Shown: positions 12,434-24,781 of the stretch, piece after piece
How positions within the stretch are numbered: the first letter of the stretch is position 1
Layout: the number at the start of each line of letters is the position of its first letter
Assembly: GCA_003427395.1 (NCBI GenBank)
Contig: BFEA01000002.1
Location: forward strand, 3,846,062-3,893,711
Direction of reading: 5' to 3'
DNA from: Chara braunii
Lineage: Eukaryota; Plantae; Charophyceae
DNA: 47,650 bases
Translations under genes and position numbers: made by a program
The notes under the pieces: generated by a model
The model's input: the letters and a program-made list of their open reading frames with translations, nothing else
What the model was told of the DNA's origin: nothing
Database searches by the model: none

Positions 12434-14434
12434 CTAGTGATCATCGAGCACACTCTCCCAATCTTCTTCATCGTCCCCTTTTCCACAACCATCACCGAGA
12501 CCTGCAAGCGCTAGGCCCCCTGCTCCCCATTTATTGTCATCACCGACATTGCGAATAATCACACTGGATGTGCTCAGTGGCGAACCCCCTCCGCTGGGAC
12601 TACTCGGTACCGTGCCAGCTGCATTCAAACCCGATGCTCCTTTCTTCGAGCTCTCCCCACTATCACTGCGGCTATGAGAGCCTCTCTGGCCATCCCCCCC
12701 TTCTGTTCTTGGGGTTGCCGCCGTGCTACCTTCCCCGTTCTCTTCAGTTGCGTCTCCATCACCCTCCTCCGCTAGGGCACTCCAGAAGTTAGACTGTGCG
12801 AGACCAGACTGCTCCTGCTTCCAGACTTGAGTCAATGGATCGGCTCTGCTGCCACCTGAGATTCCTTCAAGATCTGCCTGCGTTTCATTCTCAGACCACG
12901 CATCAGCGTGCCAAGCAGCAGAGGCACCTGATCCCGACCTATTGCGTCTCATGGCCAAGCTTCCATGGGCAGGCTGTCCACTCGAAGAACTGCTGCTGGC
13001 CTGGACTGAAGGACCCTTTCCCCAAACACGCATGCCAGTGGAAGCACCCGCTGAAGAAGACTGTGAAGGCTGCGACTGCTGCGCTATCGCACCCCAATAG
13101 GCCGACGCATGGTCCAGGTACCTTAGTGCTGTGGTGGCACGGATAGGGTTGCTGAAAACCGATAGCGCATTTCTATCATTGAGCCACACCAGTTCACAAT
13201 CGCCTGCAAAGCGTAGAATGCCTGCAGAGATATCTGCATCCCTTGGCAAGTCAAAGAACGATATCACACACCTCGGGTCCATATCCACCTCCCCGTTTGG
13301 CAATGGGGCGACCGCATGGCCCACGGCCGGAACCGAGCTCCCTGGCTTGGAAATAAGTCCCCGCAACGGAGCACGGGACTTGGCAGTCGTGTAAACAACA
13401 ATAAACCTCTTGGGCTCCCACCCAACAGATATGGATTCCATTAACCACCGCGCCGCCAGCTCATGAATGGCTGCCCTACGCTCCTTTGGCAGATACCGAA
13501 AGACGTGCACTCTCATGCCGCTCGTTGCAGATGCAGTGCTCATCTTCAAAGCATTCCGAGAGCCCAGCAGCAAGAACTGAAGCCGCAACTCAACAGCACT
13601 GACCCATATTGGATCTCTACGAATCATTTCCATCAGCATTGCACCGGACTCCGTACCTCCCGCTGTCCCCTCCTCTCCTTCCAAACCAGGTGCCATAGAA
13701 ACACCAAATGCGTTCGCTAGAATCCTCTTTTTCTCACATTTCGCACATTCATCATCACAAGCGATCTTCCTCCTGCCGAGAGGAACGTATCCCGGAGATG
13801 CGCCGTCGGCACTTTGTTGCACAGGCTGGAGTTTCAAACCAAGCTGGGAGACGAATGCAGCTTCATCAAAACCATCATCATCATCTCCCCCCCCAGCGCA
13901 ACACTGCACCTGCGCCTTCAGTCTACCGCACAAGCAAACGATTGCAACAACAGCTGTGCACCTCGAGTTTGGACACGCTTCACCAGGGTGGCAAACAGCT
14001 TTACAGAAATGCTCACAATCACGTCTGGGCTGCCCACACGTCTGCCCGCAAGGCAGACGCCTGCTGCTTCGCGATATTGAGAATCCATCCCTACTCCCTG
14101 GCGATGTGTGGTCCCCTTCACCCTCAATCTCAACTGCATCGCAAGGAGGTCTATGACAAGTGCGGGTGCAAGTATGAATGCCACATCGACGCAGTTTACC
14201 GCACACAGCATTGCAGCGAATGTCCTTGGACCCACAGGGAACCCCGCGCAGCACGACATGTCCACCTACACACTCCTTTGCTACTGCCACAGTGCAAGGT
14301 GGGCAGTCTCCAAAGTGGCAGAGATGCGTTGACGGGTGCCCACACGGCTGTGGCACAGAGCATGGAAACGGGCATGCTGGCAATGGCGTGCCACAGGGTA
14401 CCGGAGGAGGAATTGACGTTCGCCCGCATGCACA
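12434..14434 (-). CDS. NFXL1: NF-X1-type zinc finger protein, exon 2 (last NF-X1 fingers, R3H domain, C-terminal tail)
   Basis: CACGRTSIPPPVPCGTP...CHFGDCPPC...CVGGHVVLR matches plant NFXL1. R3H motif RRAAIHELAARW, plus SVGWEPKRF and LVWLNDRNAL. Acceptor TTTGTCCAG ends at 14435 and the stop TAG is at 12434-12436. Confidence 0.92.
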   Translation of the reverse strand, partial: CACGRTSIPPPVPCGTPLPACPFPCSVPQPCGHPSTHLCHFGDCPPCTVAVAKECVGGHVVLRGVPCGSKDIRCNAVCGKLRRCGIHTCTRTCHRPPCDAVEIEGEGDHTSPGSRDGFSISRSSRRLPCGQTCGQPRRDCEHFCKAVCHPGEACPNSRCTAVVAIVCLCGRLKAQVQCCAGGGDDDDGFDEAAFVSQLGLKLQPVQQSADGASPGYVPLGRRKIACDDECAKCEKKRILANAFGVSMAPGLEGEEGTAGGTESGAMLMEMIRRDPIWVSAVELRLQFLLLGSRNALKMSTASATSGMRVHVFRYLPKERRAAIHELAARWLMESISVGWEPKRFIVVYTTAKSRAPLRGLISKPGSSVPAVGHAVAPLPNGEVDMDPRCVISFFDLPRDADISAGILRFAGDCELVWLNDRNALSVFSNPIRATTALRYLDHASAYWGAIAQQSQPSQSSSAGASTGMRVWGKGPSVQASSSSSSGQPAHGSLAMRRNRSGSGASAAWHADAWSENETQADLEGISGGSRADPLTQVWKQEQSGLAQSNFWSALAEEGDGDATEENGEGSTAATPRTEGGDGQRGSHSRSDSGESSKKGASGLNAAGTVPSSPSGGGSPLSTSSVIIRNVGDDNKWGAGGLALAGLGDGCGKGDDEEDWESVLDDH

Positions 14435-14566
14435 CTGGACAAACAACAGCAAAACAGTCACACATAACAGCAACAAGAGCGCTCTGTTATTTTCTAAGCA
14501 TGCAGACGACTAACACAAATGACTGGACAAAAATCAAAAGTCAGCCAGAATACAAATCTCCACACA

Positions 14567-14587
14567 GGAGTCCTTCGGGACATCCAT

Positions 14588-14619
<32 letters not shown>

Positions 14620-14679
14620 GGCCCCTGCACAAATATGACACGCATAAATCGAGAAATGATCCCAAAAAAAAAAAAAAAA
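14567..14679 (+). pseudogene. U6: U6 snRNA processed (retroposed) copy with poly(A) tail
   Basis: Near full-length plant-type U6 with 5' UUCG hairpin, ACAGAGA box (14603-14609), AGC triad and GACACGCATAAATCGAGAAATG. It ends in A16 rather than oligo-T and is flanked by the direct repeat CTCCACACA (14558-14566/14680-14688). Confidence 0.93.
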
Positions 14680-15584
14680 CTCCACACATGATGACACACA
14701 ACACTGCACAATAACGAAATGCTGAGACAACAGTACACGGCCCCACCCTTGCAGAAAATGTTTCGCCGCCTACTCTAAAATCTCGCACCTTACACCTACT
14801 GGACCACAATGGCTGGCGGCGCCAGCCAAAAAAAGAAAAAAAATGCACCACTGACGATGGTTCGGAAAAGCTTGGCGCGCAGTCGCAGGCCGCCAGAACC
14901 AAATGAGTAGTGGTCTAGACCAGAATGCTAATCTCCACACAGGTTCACGTAGAGCAACATCCAAATCCCCCCCTTTCTCTCTTTTTGCCTCCTTGCTACG
15001 TTAAAGCAGAATAGTCACAAGCAAGAGGAAAGCAATGGTCAATCGATCCCTGACTGTATCACTCAAGGAGCAAAGAAGAGCCTACAGCCGATTGGTGCAC
15101 ACACATTTAAAAACAATCAGTTAATCCTACACTAAAATTTAGTAAAAAAATAGTAAAAAACTACAATTCCAAGGCGAATATGTTTTACGAAACTAACGCC
15201 ATCCATTTCAAAAATAATTCGTCCTTGGGAAACACGAGCAATCCAACCTGTAGGGTTTCCTTTTCCTTTTCCCATCCTTACTTCCGTAGATTCATAATAG
15301 GAATATCTGAAAAACTCTCACCCATATTTTTATTATTTTACCATTTCTCCAAAAATTCCTGGTGACCGCACGACACTCCGCTTCAATTCCTTGATATGAT
15401 ATGCGACCTGCTTCACAACTTTTAAGACCATATTTGCCAAAACAAAGTTGTGTGGCATGGGAGCCTTTGCTTCTTCCTTTCTAATATTTACAAAATTTTG
15501 TGCGTTTTGGATATGGCATGTGTTTTGATGCACAAAACAAAATGCCATCATCCTCAGGGGAAAGGGGATGGCGCAAAAACGTTT

Positions 15585-15960
15585 TACGAAATGCACGAAT
15601 CAAAATCGCATGATCCGCAGGGGAAAGGGGAAGGAGGCACAATTTGGAGGGGCCTTTAGCGCGAATTGCAAATTAACATTTGTAAACACTAACCACCTCA
15701 TTATCTTCATTCCTTCGACTGGGCCCAGATAACCCAACTCATTCCCCTGTGAACAACTGCACTCAATCGAAAATGTTTTATGAAATGCACAAATCAAATC
15801 ACGTCATCCGCAGGGGAAAGAGGAAGGGGCCACAATTTGGAGATGTCTATTGCAAGAATGACAAATTTTAACATGTGTAATCACAAACCACCTCATTATC
15901 TTCATTCGACCGGCCCTGTATACCCCAACTCATTCCCCTGTGAACAACTGCACTCAATAT
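15585..15960. repeat. Diverged ~195-bp tandem duplication in the intron
   Basis: GAAATGCAC...ATCCGCAGGGGAAAG...CACAATTTGGAG and CCCAACTCATTCCCCTGTGAACAACTGCACTCAAT each occur twice. Confidence 0.8.
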
Positions 15961-16015
15961 CCTGCGTCATCTTAAATTCCATTTCAACCAAACCTCAACC
16001 AAACCTCAAACAACA

Positions 16016-16054
<39 letters not shown>

Positions 16055-16064
16055 AAAAAAAAAA

Positions 16065-16105
<41 letters not shown>

Positions 16106-16125
16106 CACACAAACACACACGCCTA
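16016..16125. repeat. (CT)n(CA)n microsatellite
   Basis: Direct reading. Confidence 0.95.
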
Positions 16126-16951
16126 CCAACACTCATGCACGTAACACACTCGCACGCCTTGGGGTCATCATCATCATCAGTGGCATAATAAACAGCCCCC
16201 TGATTGATTCTACGGTCGAACCTGGAACAACAGGCCAGAGCCTCACAGGACATTGTCTCCCAGAAGGATGTTGCCTGGCATGCTTTGCAACATGGACCTG
16301 TCGATCCATGATTAGACTGCTACCTGCTCTGTAATCATCAGCTGCAAGACATGCAGGCATACGCATCCTCCTGAACTCCCAACAATATGCACACAGGTGA
16401 ATGCATGACCAAATGAGCGTATGAGTAAAGAAACAGAAAGCCCTTAGAGGAGTTCTGCCTTGCCTGTGTGGAAGGAGCGAAAGAGACCCTGAGCCATTGT
16501 TTGCACGATTGCCCAAATGACAAGAAGGGGGATCAGATAGCCAAGGAATTGTGGAGCAGAGATTTCCGTTGCCATCGTCGGAAGATTTGATATAATAAAA
16601 AAGTTACCTCAAAAAAAAAGAAAAAGCACTAAAGCCACTGAGATTGAAACCAAGCATCGTCAGCAGAAATCCAACCACTCTTTGTTCTCAATTTCATTTG
16701 GCAGCCTGCACTCCTGCTCAGCAAAAATGAGGCAGGAGAGGACGGGGTACGGCAAAGATTTCCAACATGGGCAACAAAAAAATCGACACTAAGTTCACAA
16801 ACAGCATTTTCCATGAGGAAAAACACACATTGATGTAAACAGGTTACCAGGATTTGCCGCCTGGGACATTGGGAAGTAAAGAAAAGAGGGAAGAGGCCGA
16901 AGCATTCAGTTTCCAGCACGTGACAATAACACAGAGGAACAGCAGACATAC

Positions 16952-19900
16952 CTCGAGCTCTGTCATAACAGAGTCCATGCATGGCGGACAATGTCCGGGA
17001 TGGCAGAGCTCCTGGCAAGTGTGCCGGCCACAGCGAAGCTTCTTGCCACATACTATCATGCAGAAATGACTATCTCCAGGCACTGGTGCAGTAGGCCCAG
17101 GAGAATCCACGGGCGGGGCTGCACAACAGACAGCAGAACAACGATGCCTCCTGCAGTTCTTCAGCTTACCACACTTCCGATCACACGTGAAGACAGTACC
17201 TACGTCCAACTGGAAGCACGGAACAATGCGGACAGCCAAGACGCAGCGGCACTTCTGTTCCATTGGAACCTCACAGGGTGGGCATGCACCATTATGACAG
17301 GTCTGTTCGCAACGATGCTTGCCACAAGCAAGCAGTTTCTCACAGACTCCCTCGCATGTAGGAACGGGATCAAGGCAGCCTTTTCTGTCCATACCACCAA
17401 GCAGATTTTTTATTTCCTCTTTACCGCAGGGGCAGCGAAGAAGAAGAGAAGGTAGGAGTCTGCAGTCGCCACAAGGACCAGGATGGCAGAACCTCTCACA
17501 CCTGTGGTTTCCGCAGCCAAGTATTTTGGAGCAGCGCTCCATGCAGGAGAAGACCCCACCGGATGTTGGGAATTCCCCCTTGAACTCTATGCGCCCGCAC
17601 GACTGCAGCTCTTCCTTTTTGCCACAGAAACACCTGGTCTTGACGGTCACTTCACAGACACCACAAGCGCCTTCATGACACACCCTCGGACAGGTATGAC
17701 GCCCGCAGGCCAGTGACCGCATGCACGTGGACCCACAGCTTCGCCCATGTTTCTCATAATCCGCACACTTGCGCGTGATTTCACTCTTGCGGCAGTAGCA
17801 GAAGACAGTGGGCGCCATGGCTGCACAAGGTGCATGAGGGCCAGGATGGCATCGCATGGTGCACACGTGAGGACATCGATAACCCCCATCAGAGGTTGGG
17901 CGAGCCAAGGGCTTCCTGCAAGCGTCTCCACAGGAATGCGGAGTGAGATAGGGGTCATTGGGAGGGTCCTCCCGTTGGCCACAGAAACAACGGTACCTAA
18001 GCTCACTAGCTCTGATAGACTGTGGCGTTTGACAGCCAGGACAACGCCAGGTACCCTCCCCTGAGCCACCCGGCTGCTGCTGTCCACCTGCCGCCGACAA
18101 ATCGCTCGCTGTCGCAACGGGGACTCGAGCCCATTTCCTCGTGCAGGAGAGATGGAAGATGGCATAACAACTGCTGCAGGACCACACGGAACTGCTCCTC
18201 CCAACAATCTCGCAGCATATCATACACTCCACTTGTCCTTTCATCAGCTTTTCCTCCAGCTCCTGCACCAGTTGAGGGACCGCCCTTCCAAACATTAATC
18301 GAGAGGGTCGCGGGCTGGCTCCCACTGGCCCACCAACCACAGGACTCACCGGTGGGATGGCAGACAAGGAAGATGGCTCCTTCCTACGGATACTTCCACC
18401 ACCGCTGCGCCGTTCTGGGGGTGGAGGAGGAGGGTCCCTCTCCCGATCGCTATTCTCACCCATGCCCACCCATCGTTGCTGCTTGTCCTCTCTCTCAACT
18501 CGGCGTGGAATCTGAGGATCTTCACGCTCCCTCCTCTCCACCCTCTCCATCGCCAGCCATTCATCCCTGTCCAGCCGCTCCTCCCCACGGTCTCTTACCC
18601 TCTCTCTCTCGCTGCTCCAATCTTTCTCATCGCCGTGGAAAAACTGATGATGTCCTGCACTCTCTTCTCCATCCCTCGGCCCCCCCGACCGCCAGTTGCT
18701 GCTCATATCACTTCTGTGCCGCGCCCCGCCCCAATCAAAAGAGTCACTCCTTGCTCGGCCTCTCCTTGTTTGCACGGTACTGTTTCCTCTCCCCGCCCCC
18801 GCACTCGCTGCTGCCACAGACGGCGCCCCCCCTCTTGTTACCCAAGGTGGGACCTGCTGCAGTTGCTGCTGATACCTCTCAACTTCAGCCTCCCCCTCCT
18901 TCACCTTCTCTTTGTTGCGCCCGTTGATCCTGTCGCCACTTCCCTTCTCGTCTTCATCCTGCGGTCCGTCATACCCACTACCATCACGGCTTCGATCTCC
19001 GGTTTCCCTCTTCATCCTCTCGTACTCGGACCGACTCTTGCTCGATGGTGTTCCTGCTTCCCCTGTCTCAACCCCCATCTGCTGCTCCTCCACCGCAAAT
19101 CCACCGGATGAACGGGAGCGCCGATGGATCCTCTCCACGTTATTGACCACATCTGCACCTCCCATCGACCCACCACTCACACGATTTCCCATAGCGTCGC
19201 CTCCCTCTCGACCCCGCAATGCTGGGGAAGGAGCATGAGCCCTACCACCTCCTGTCAGCCCATCATCACCAGCAGCTTGCAGATTCTGGTGGTGCCCCTC
19301 CCAACCACTATCATCCCCTCGATCTTCAGTGCGTCCCATCTTCTCTCCCACTTCTCTTCCACCATATCCAGAACTATTTCCATACCATTGCTGTGGTTGG
19401 TGCTGCTGTTGATGTGCCAGCTGCTGCTGCTGTTGATGTGCCAGCTGCTGCTGCTGTTGATGTGCCAGCTGCTGCTGCTGATGATGATGAGTCAGCTGCT
19501 GCTGGTGCTTTTGATGAGCCAGCAGCTGCTGCTGTTGAAGGGCCAACTGCGTCTGCTGCTGCTGCTGCTGCTGCTGCTGGAGTAGTTGCGTGACAACACC
19601 GCTTTGCCTAGAGCCGTCACGCTGTTCCGACTGCCTATCCTGCTCGGGGGCTGGCATCACCATTCCCCTCTCTTTGTCTTGCCGCAAGTGCATGGTCGCA
19701 TCATGACCATCTCTATGCTCTGGCACCATTCCCATCATGAGCTGCTGTTGCTGATGCTGTGGATGCCGCGACTCCTGGCTCCAGCTCATTCGCCTGTAAT
19801 GACCTCTTTGCTGTGGCAGCGGTGAAGGAATAGATGTTCCCAGGTGTGCCTGGAGAGGGAGAGGAATACCTCCTCCACCTCCAATTCCCTCCAGCCTATC

Positions 19901-22076
19901 CATAGCCATCAACTGTCCATCTACCTCCGCTGGGTTCCTTCCCCTGCGCCACTCGCTGTGCGTGTGATCTGGATCAACCCGCCGGATGCTGCCACCGCCA
20001 CTGCTTTCGCCGGATCTTGAATTCTGGCCGTCCCACGTGGCCGACCGCACATGTCGTGCGTTAGCCCCAGGTTGCTGTCGTTGTTGCTGCACCCTCACGT
20101 TCGTGCTCACGCTGTTCACTCCATTCTCACCCAACCCACCTCCCATCGCGCCGTTCAAAGGAGCCGGGCCGCCATTGGCCGCCGCAGGAGCATTCAAGCC
20201 CGCACCCCCAACGCCTGAAAACCTGCGTTTNNNNNNNNNNNNNNNNNNNNNNNNNNNNNNNNNNNNNNNNNNNNNNNNNNNNNNNNNNNNNNNNNNNNNN
20301 NNNNNNNNNNNNNNNNNNNNNNNNNNNNNNNNNNNNNNNNNNNNNNNNNNNNNNNNNNNNNNNNNNNNNNNCAACCCCACCCCCTTGCTGCATTCCGACC
20401 GGCACATTCTGCTGCTGCTGCGCAAGAGGATCACGGAAGCCGCCATTGATCAACGAAGGTGGTTGTGGAGGAAACTGTCGCCTAATCCCACCCCTCTCAT
20501 GCCTCTCGGCCCTTTCGTTCGGCCCACGGGGCAAGACGACCTGAAGATCAACAGCACTCGTGCTCACGCTCCTCCTGTGTCCCCTGACGTTGGTCTTCTT
20601 ATTCCAGATATTGCCTACCTGGACAAGCGACGTCCCAGGAACGGGTTGAGGAACAAACAACGGAGCAGGGATAGCCTCTTCGCGACCAACGACTCTCCCA
20701 CTGCCATTCCACCCCCCGCCTCCTACACCACGATCGCTGCCATCTGCTTTCCGCGGAGAGGGCAGGATCGGTCCACGGTCGGACGGTATCACTTCGCTCT
20801 CGCCTCCTCCTGACGACTGGACCTCGGAAAGACGCCTGGGAGTCGGCGCCGGCTCGTCTTGCTCTCGCCTCACCCCTTCACCCATCACTCCCCCCCCCAC
20901 CACTCCTCCTCCTCCTCCGCCCCGATTGTCTGGCGTCGTAGGAGAATTTCTAGCCCTCCACGCGTACTTGCCTCCTGGATCCTTTATAACTGACACAGAC
21001 AGTTTAACAGGGACCGTTACCCCCCCCTCCCCCCCATTGATCTTCTTGTCCTCGCCAACACCGTTGAAACCTTTGCCAGCGCCAACGGCCGAGGCTGAAT
21101 TCGAGGGACACTGGGTCCGGTCTTCCATCGCTCGCACGGAGACGCCCATACCACCAGCGCTTGCCGCCTGTGATCCGTCCGTAGTCAACCCCCCTGCGTC
21201 ATTCCCACTGACAGCTCCTGCTGCCGACCTACTCGCAGGCCGAGAAAGAACGGCGGAGTCAGAAAACCCTCCCAGCGCAACCATCCCTGCCGCAACAGAT
21301 GTAGTATCAGCGGTCCCCGCTTCAGAACCCTGATTACCACCTCCCGCAGCCGCACCGGCGATGGCAACTGATTCCGCGATTCCCCTCTCAGCAGGCGCGC
21401 CGCTGTCCCTCTTACCGCTGATGCTACCGCCGCTGCTGGTGACCACGCTCACACTCGCGCTCTTCTCCCCGTCGTTCCGCGCGCCGACGACGTTGCTGCT
21501 GATGCCGCTAACGACAGACCTCTCGTAGTTTGGGCACTCCCGCGACTTCGTCATCGAGGCCTCGCTAGAAAAGATGGCCCCACCGCATCTGCCTCCTCCT
21601 CCTCCTCCTCCTCCTGTTGCTGCTTCTCCCCCTTCAGATCGAGCTCCGTCCGTCAACTTAAAATCTAACGGCCGACTGACAGGCACAGCGGTAGCGCTAA
21701 CAGCAACCGCGGTAGCAGTAAAAGTAGAGACCCCAGGAAGAGGAAGATCGGCGCAACCCGATCCCGATCCCGATCCTCTCGTCAAAGGCGAGGTCAAAGT
21801 CGATGACGTTGGCGTTGGTGCTTCGGTGCCTGTGGTCCCCACACTGCCAGGATTACAACCGCCGTCGACGCTGGGCCTCTTTTCTTTCCACACCTGCTGA
21901 ACCACTGGTTTCGGCGACAAAACACTGTTGGTTCCTCCGCCGTCAGATCGAGATCGAGTTCCTCGCCCGCCGCCTCTACGTATCGCTGGGGACGAGCAGA
22001 CCTGCCTCGCTGCTTCTGCCACGTCACCCCCACCACTCTGCTCAGAGATAGATAGGCCAATCATCGACGTAGGCAT
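16952..22076 (-). CDS. NFXL1: NF-X1-type zinc finger protein, exon 1 (long low-complexity N-terminus, RING/PHD finger, NF-X1 fingers); spans an assembly gap at 20231-20371
   Basis: ORF 20127..22076 and ORF 16844..20446 are joined across the N gap (frame offset attributed to the gap-length estimate). Contains PQLVQELEEKL, CMICCEIV...WSCSSCYAIFHLSC...WRCPGC, YLTPHSCG and repeated C-G-H-C...CH-G-C fingers. The start codon is less certain than the 3' part. Confidence 0.85.
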
Positions 22077-22509
22077 CGCGGGGCGGTGCGGTCACTGCAA
22101 CTGACGTCGTGGTCTTTTTCTTTTCACCCGTCCTTTCTTGCACTGATAATCAATCAATCTACAATTCGATCCCCCTCCTCCAATCAAGATAACCGGCACT
22201 TGAACTCCTCCGGCCCCCTCCCCTCCGCCGGCCCCCCCCTCCTGATCCGATGATCAGCCTGCCTTAACCACCGACAAATAAGCCTTCCTCTGCCCTTATA
22301 TCTACAAAGGGAAACACGGTGCAAACGAGAACACGGTGTGTGACAAGGTGTGACAGAGTATTTTTATTGTGATGTCACAGAGTATTTTTATTGCGACGGA
22401 TCTAAGACGCGGTGGGGATGGGTGTGTGTATCTTCAGCCCGCTCTCATGACGACAACTCCGCTTCGCTAGAGATGCTTGCGGAGATTCTGCGGAGATTCT
22501 AACAGAACA

Positions 22510-22622
22510 AATTATCAATCAACCAATCAAAACGAATAATCAATCATCCAATCAATCAATCAATCAATCAACCAACCAACCAATCAATCAATCAAGCTAT
22601 TCGTACAAGTGATCGACCAATC

Positions 22623-22654
<32 letters not shown>

Positions 22655-22800
22655 CACCAATCGACCAAACAATCAATCAATCAATCGGCGACTCAATCAA
22701 TATCACCCAATCAATACATCGGCCTAACGACATCAACCGATCAGCCAAAATATGAAGCCCCTCAATCAAATCCCCCAATTAATCAATCAATCAATCCGAT
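22510..22800. repeat. Degenerate (AATC)n microsatellite upstream of NFXL1
   Basis: Direct reading. Confidence 0.9.
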
Positions 22801-23331
22801 CACAGACTTAACCAGTACCCACACCCAATTGTAGCGGAAAGTTTACAATGACGGCCAACAGACAATTCGACAAACTCTCCGCTGTTGTGCAAATCTATTA
22901 TGCCGAGCGCCAATCGAAGGTATAGAGCGAGAGCGTCGTGGATTGCTTCCCCTCCCTCCCACATCCCACTCCTCCCTCCACACGCTTGCCGAGCCCCCAC
23001 CGCGCCCTCCACCTCGACCCTTAGTAGACTACTGCTCGCCTGCTCCCGGCTCTCCTTCGACCACAAGCACAGTGCGGCTAACGAAAACATTTAGCTGCCG
23101 TCAAAGAGACAGATAGTGCACCCGTTTCCTGATGAAATTCTCTGCCCTCGTCTTCCCGTTCATTATTTCCTTGGGCGAAAGCATTAACGCCACCTCCCTC
23201 CCTCCCTCCCNNNNNNNNNNNNNNNNNNNNNNNNNNCAATAGCACCAAAAACGGATCCTAGATGACCCCTCCCACATGCAAGCACCGTCCCTCCTTCACA
23301 TCCCAAACGACAGGACAAGACCACCCAGGAC

Positions 23332-23354
23332 CTGTCTCTTATACACATCTAGAT
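23332..23354 (+). other. Nextera mate-pair junction adapter / Tn5 mosaic end (sequencing artefact)
   Basis: CTGTCTCTTATACACATCT followed by AGAT, near an N gap and directly after a 95-bp copy of 26230-26324. Confidence 0.95.
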
Positions 23355-24627
23355 CCGCCCTCCCTCTCTCTCTCCCTCTCTCTCCCCCCCTCTATATCTG
23401 TATCTCTTTGTCGCCTCTTCTCGCTTTTTCTCTCTTCCCACTCCCACTAGCCGCTCCCTCTCTGTTGCACATGCACACGCAGAGACGATAAGCGAGAGAA
23501 TTTACTTGTTTTTCTCAGCTTGACATGTCTAGACAAGGCACCTACAAGAAGAACATACCACAACCCCCTCTCCGCTCCTCTCTCTTTTTCTCTCTAGACT
23601 ACATATGATATAGATCGACGAAACTGGACTGGACTCTGTGATTGCTCACGGACCAACGACCTTTCAGCACTTACGCATCCAAAATCGGACAACGAAAAAA
23701 GGTTCACAGCCGATGGTATCTAGATAGATTGGCTTCTCCGTGCTCTACTTATCCCAAATCATCGGAAACCCGCATATTCACCCTTAATCCCATTTTCCGT
23801 GGTCCCCACCACTCCGACCTCAAAGACAGCACCGGGCAGAACTTGTCCGTCCTCATCTGCTTAAAACCATCCAGTCACATCCGTCCGCTCCATCTAGTCT
23901 TATACCACCATAAGTCAAATCTTCTCTTTAAAATCTGCTGCCGCCAAACGGAATACCAAACATAAACAAGAAAAACACACAAGAGTCAACAACGCAAGAA
24001 CAAACCCCTCCTATTGTTTCTTCCATTCCCTTTCCGTAGTCAAAATTTTTAAACGCAAGTCACCTTTGTAGACTCTTCCATTACTCCACAGGCCGCTGTG
24101 AAGTCTCCGTCAACGCGGCCTGTATTTATTTCACATATGATTTTCTTTGTTAACAGGACAATCATACTGATCATGAAAAACAAAGACCCCCTCATTGAAT
24201 AAAAAAAAAAAAGAAAAAAAAAGGCCCTTAATACAGGCGATCCTAAGTGCAACGAAGTTGCCTCTACCAAAAAACTTCGGGAACCCCTTCAACCTTTTTT
24301 TTTTTTTTTTTTTTTTGGGAACCCCTTCAACCTTTATTTCCGTGTGCCGGCACGAAGTGTGGCGTCAGAGTTTCCATAGCATAGTCCCCATGAAAATGGA
24401 TGAGAAATAGTTCAGTATTCTTGACTCACTGTTATTCGTCGACGTACGGCCTCTCCTCATCCTTTTTCCATAGAGCAAATTATGAAAAACAAATTACTGA
24501 GAATACTTAGGTGTGTGCTTACAGTCCCCTTCTTTTTCCAATCAAGGCGAAAAACCCTTAAAAGTCATTTATTTTCCAGCCACATTAAGCAGCTGCGGTT
24601 TGGTGTGTGCTCGACGACCAGGGGCGT

Positions 24628-24781
24628 GGTCCCATTAGCAAAGAGGATCGGATCGAATGCCTGAATCTGGACATGTTTGTAGAGAGGTGCAGGAAATCGA
24701 GATTGAACTAATTTTCTGCATGTCTGCATAAAACACATCCAGATTCAGGCATTCGATCCGATCCTCTTTGCTAGTGGGACC
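24628..24781. repeat. 154-bp foldback hairpin (MITE or pre-miRNA-like)
   Basis: 44-bp outer arms are complementary with a single G-U type difference. The inner segments TGCAGGAAAT/ATTTTCTGCA also pair. Confidence 0.9.

Larger units (their letters stand above)
14435..16951 (-). other. Phase-0 GT-AG intron of NFXL1 (2517 bp)
   Basis: Donor GAG|GTATGT at 16952/16951 and acceptor CAG|TGT at 14435/14434. Joining gives CPPCMDSVMTELE-CACGRTSIPPP, which restores one NF-X1 finger junction. Confidence 0.9.

Noticed and set aside
14567-14679. Functional U6 gene
   Set aside because: No oligo-T terminator, a mutated internal stem-loop, and a poly(A) tail with TSD.
13708-21900. Long plus-strand ORFs (e.g. 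13708..14616, 18022..18927, 19986..20813)
   Set aside because: Antisense shadows of the GC-rich NFXL1 coding sequence, with no recognisable domains.
23332-23350. Genuine Tn5/IS50 transposon end (horizontal transfer)
   Set aside because: It is the synthetic mosaic end continuing into the mate-pair junction sequence beside a gap.
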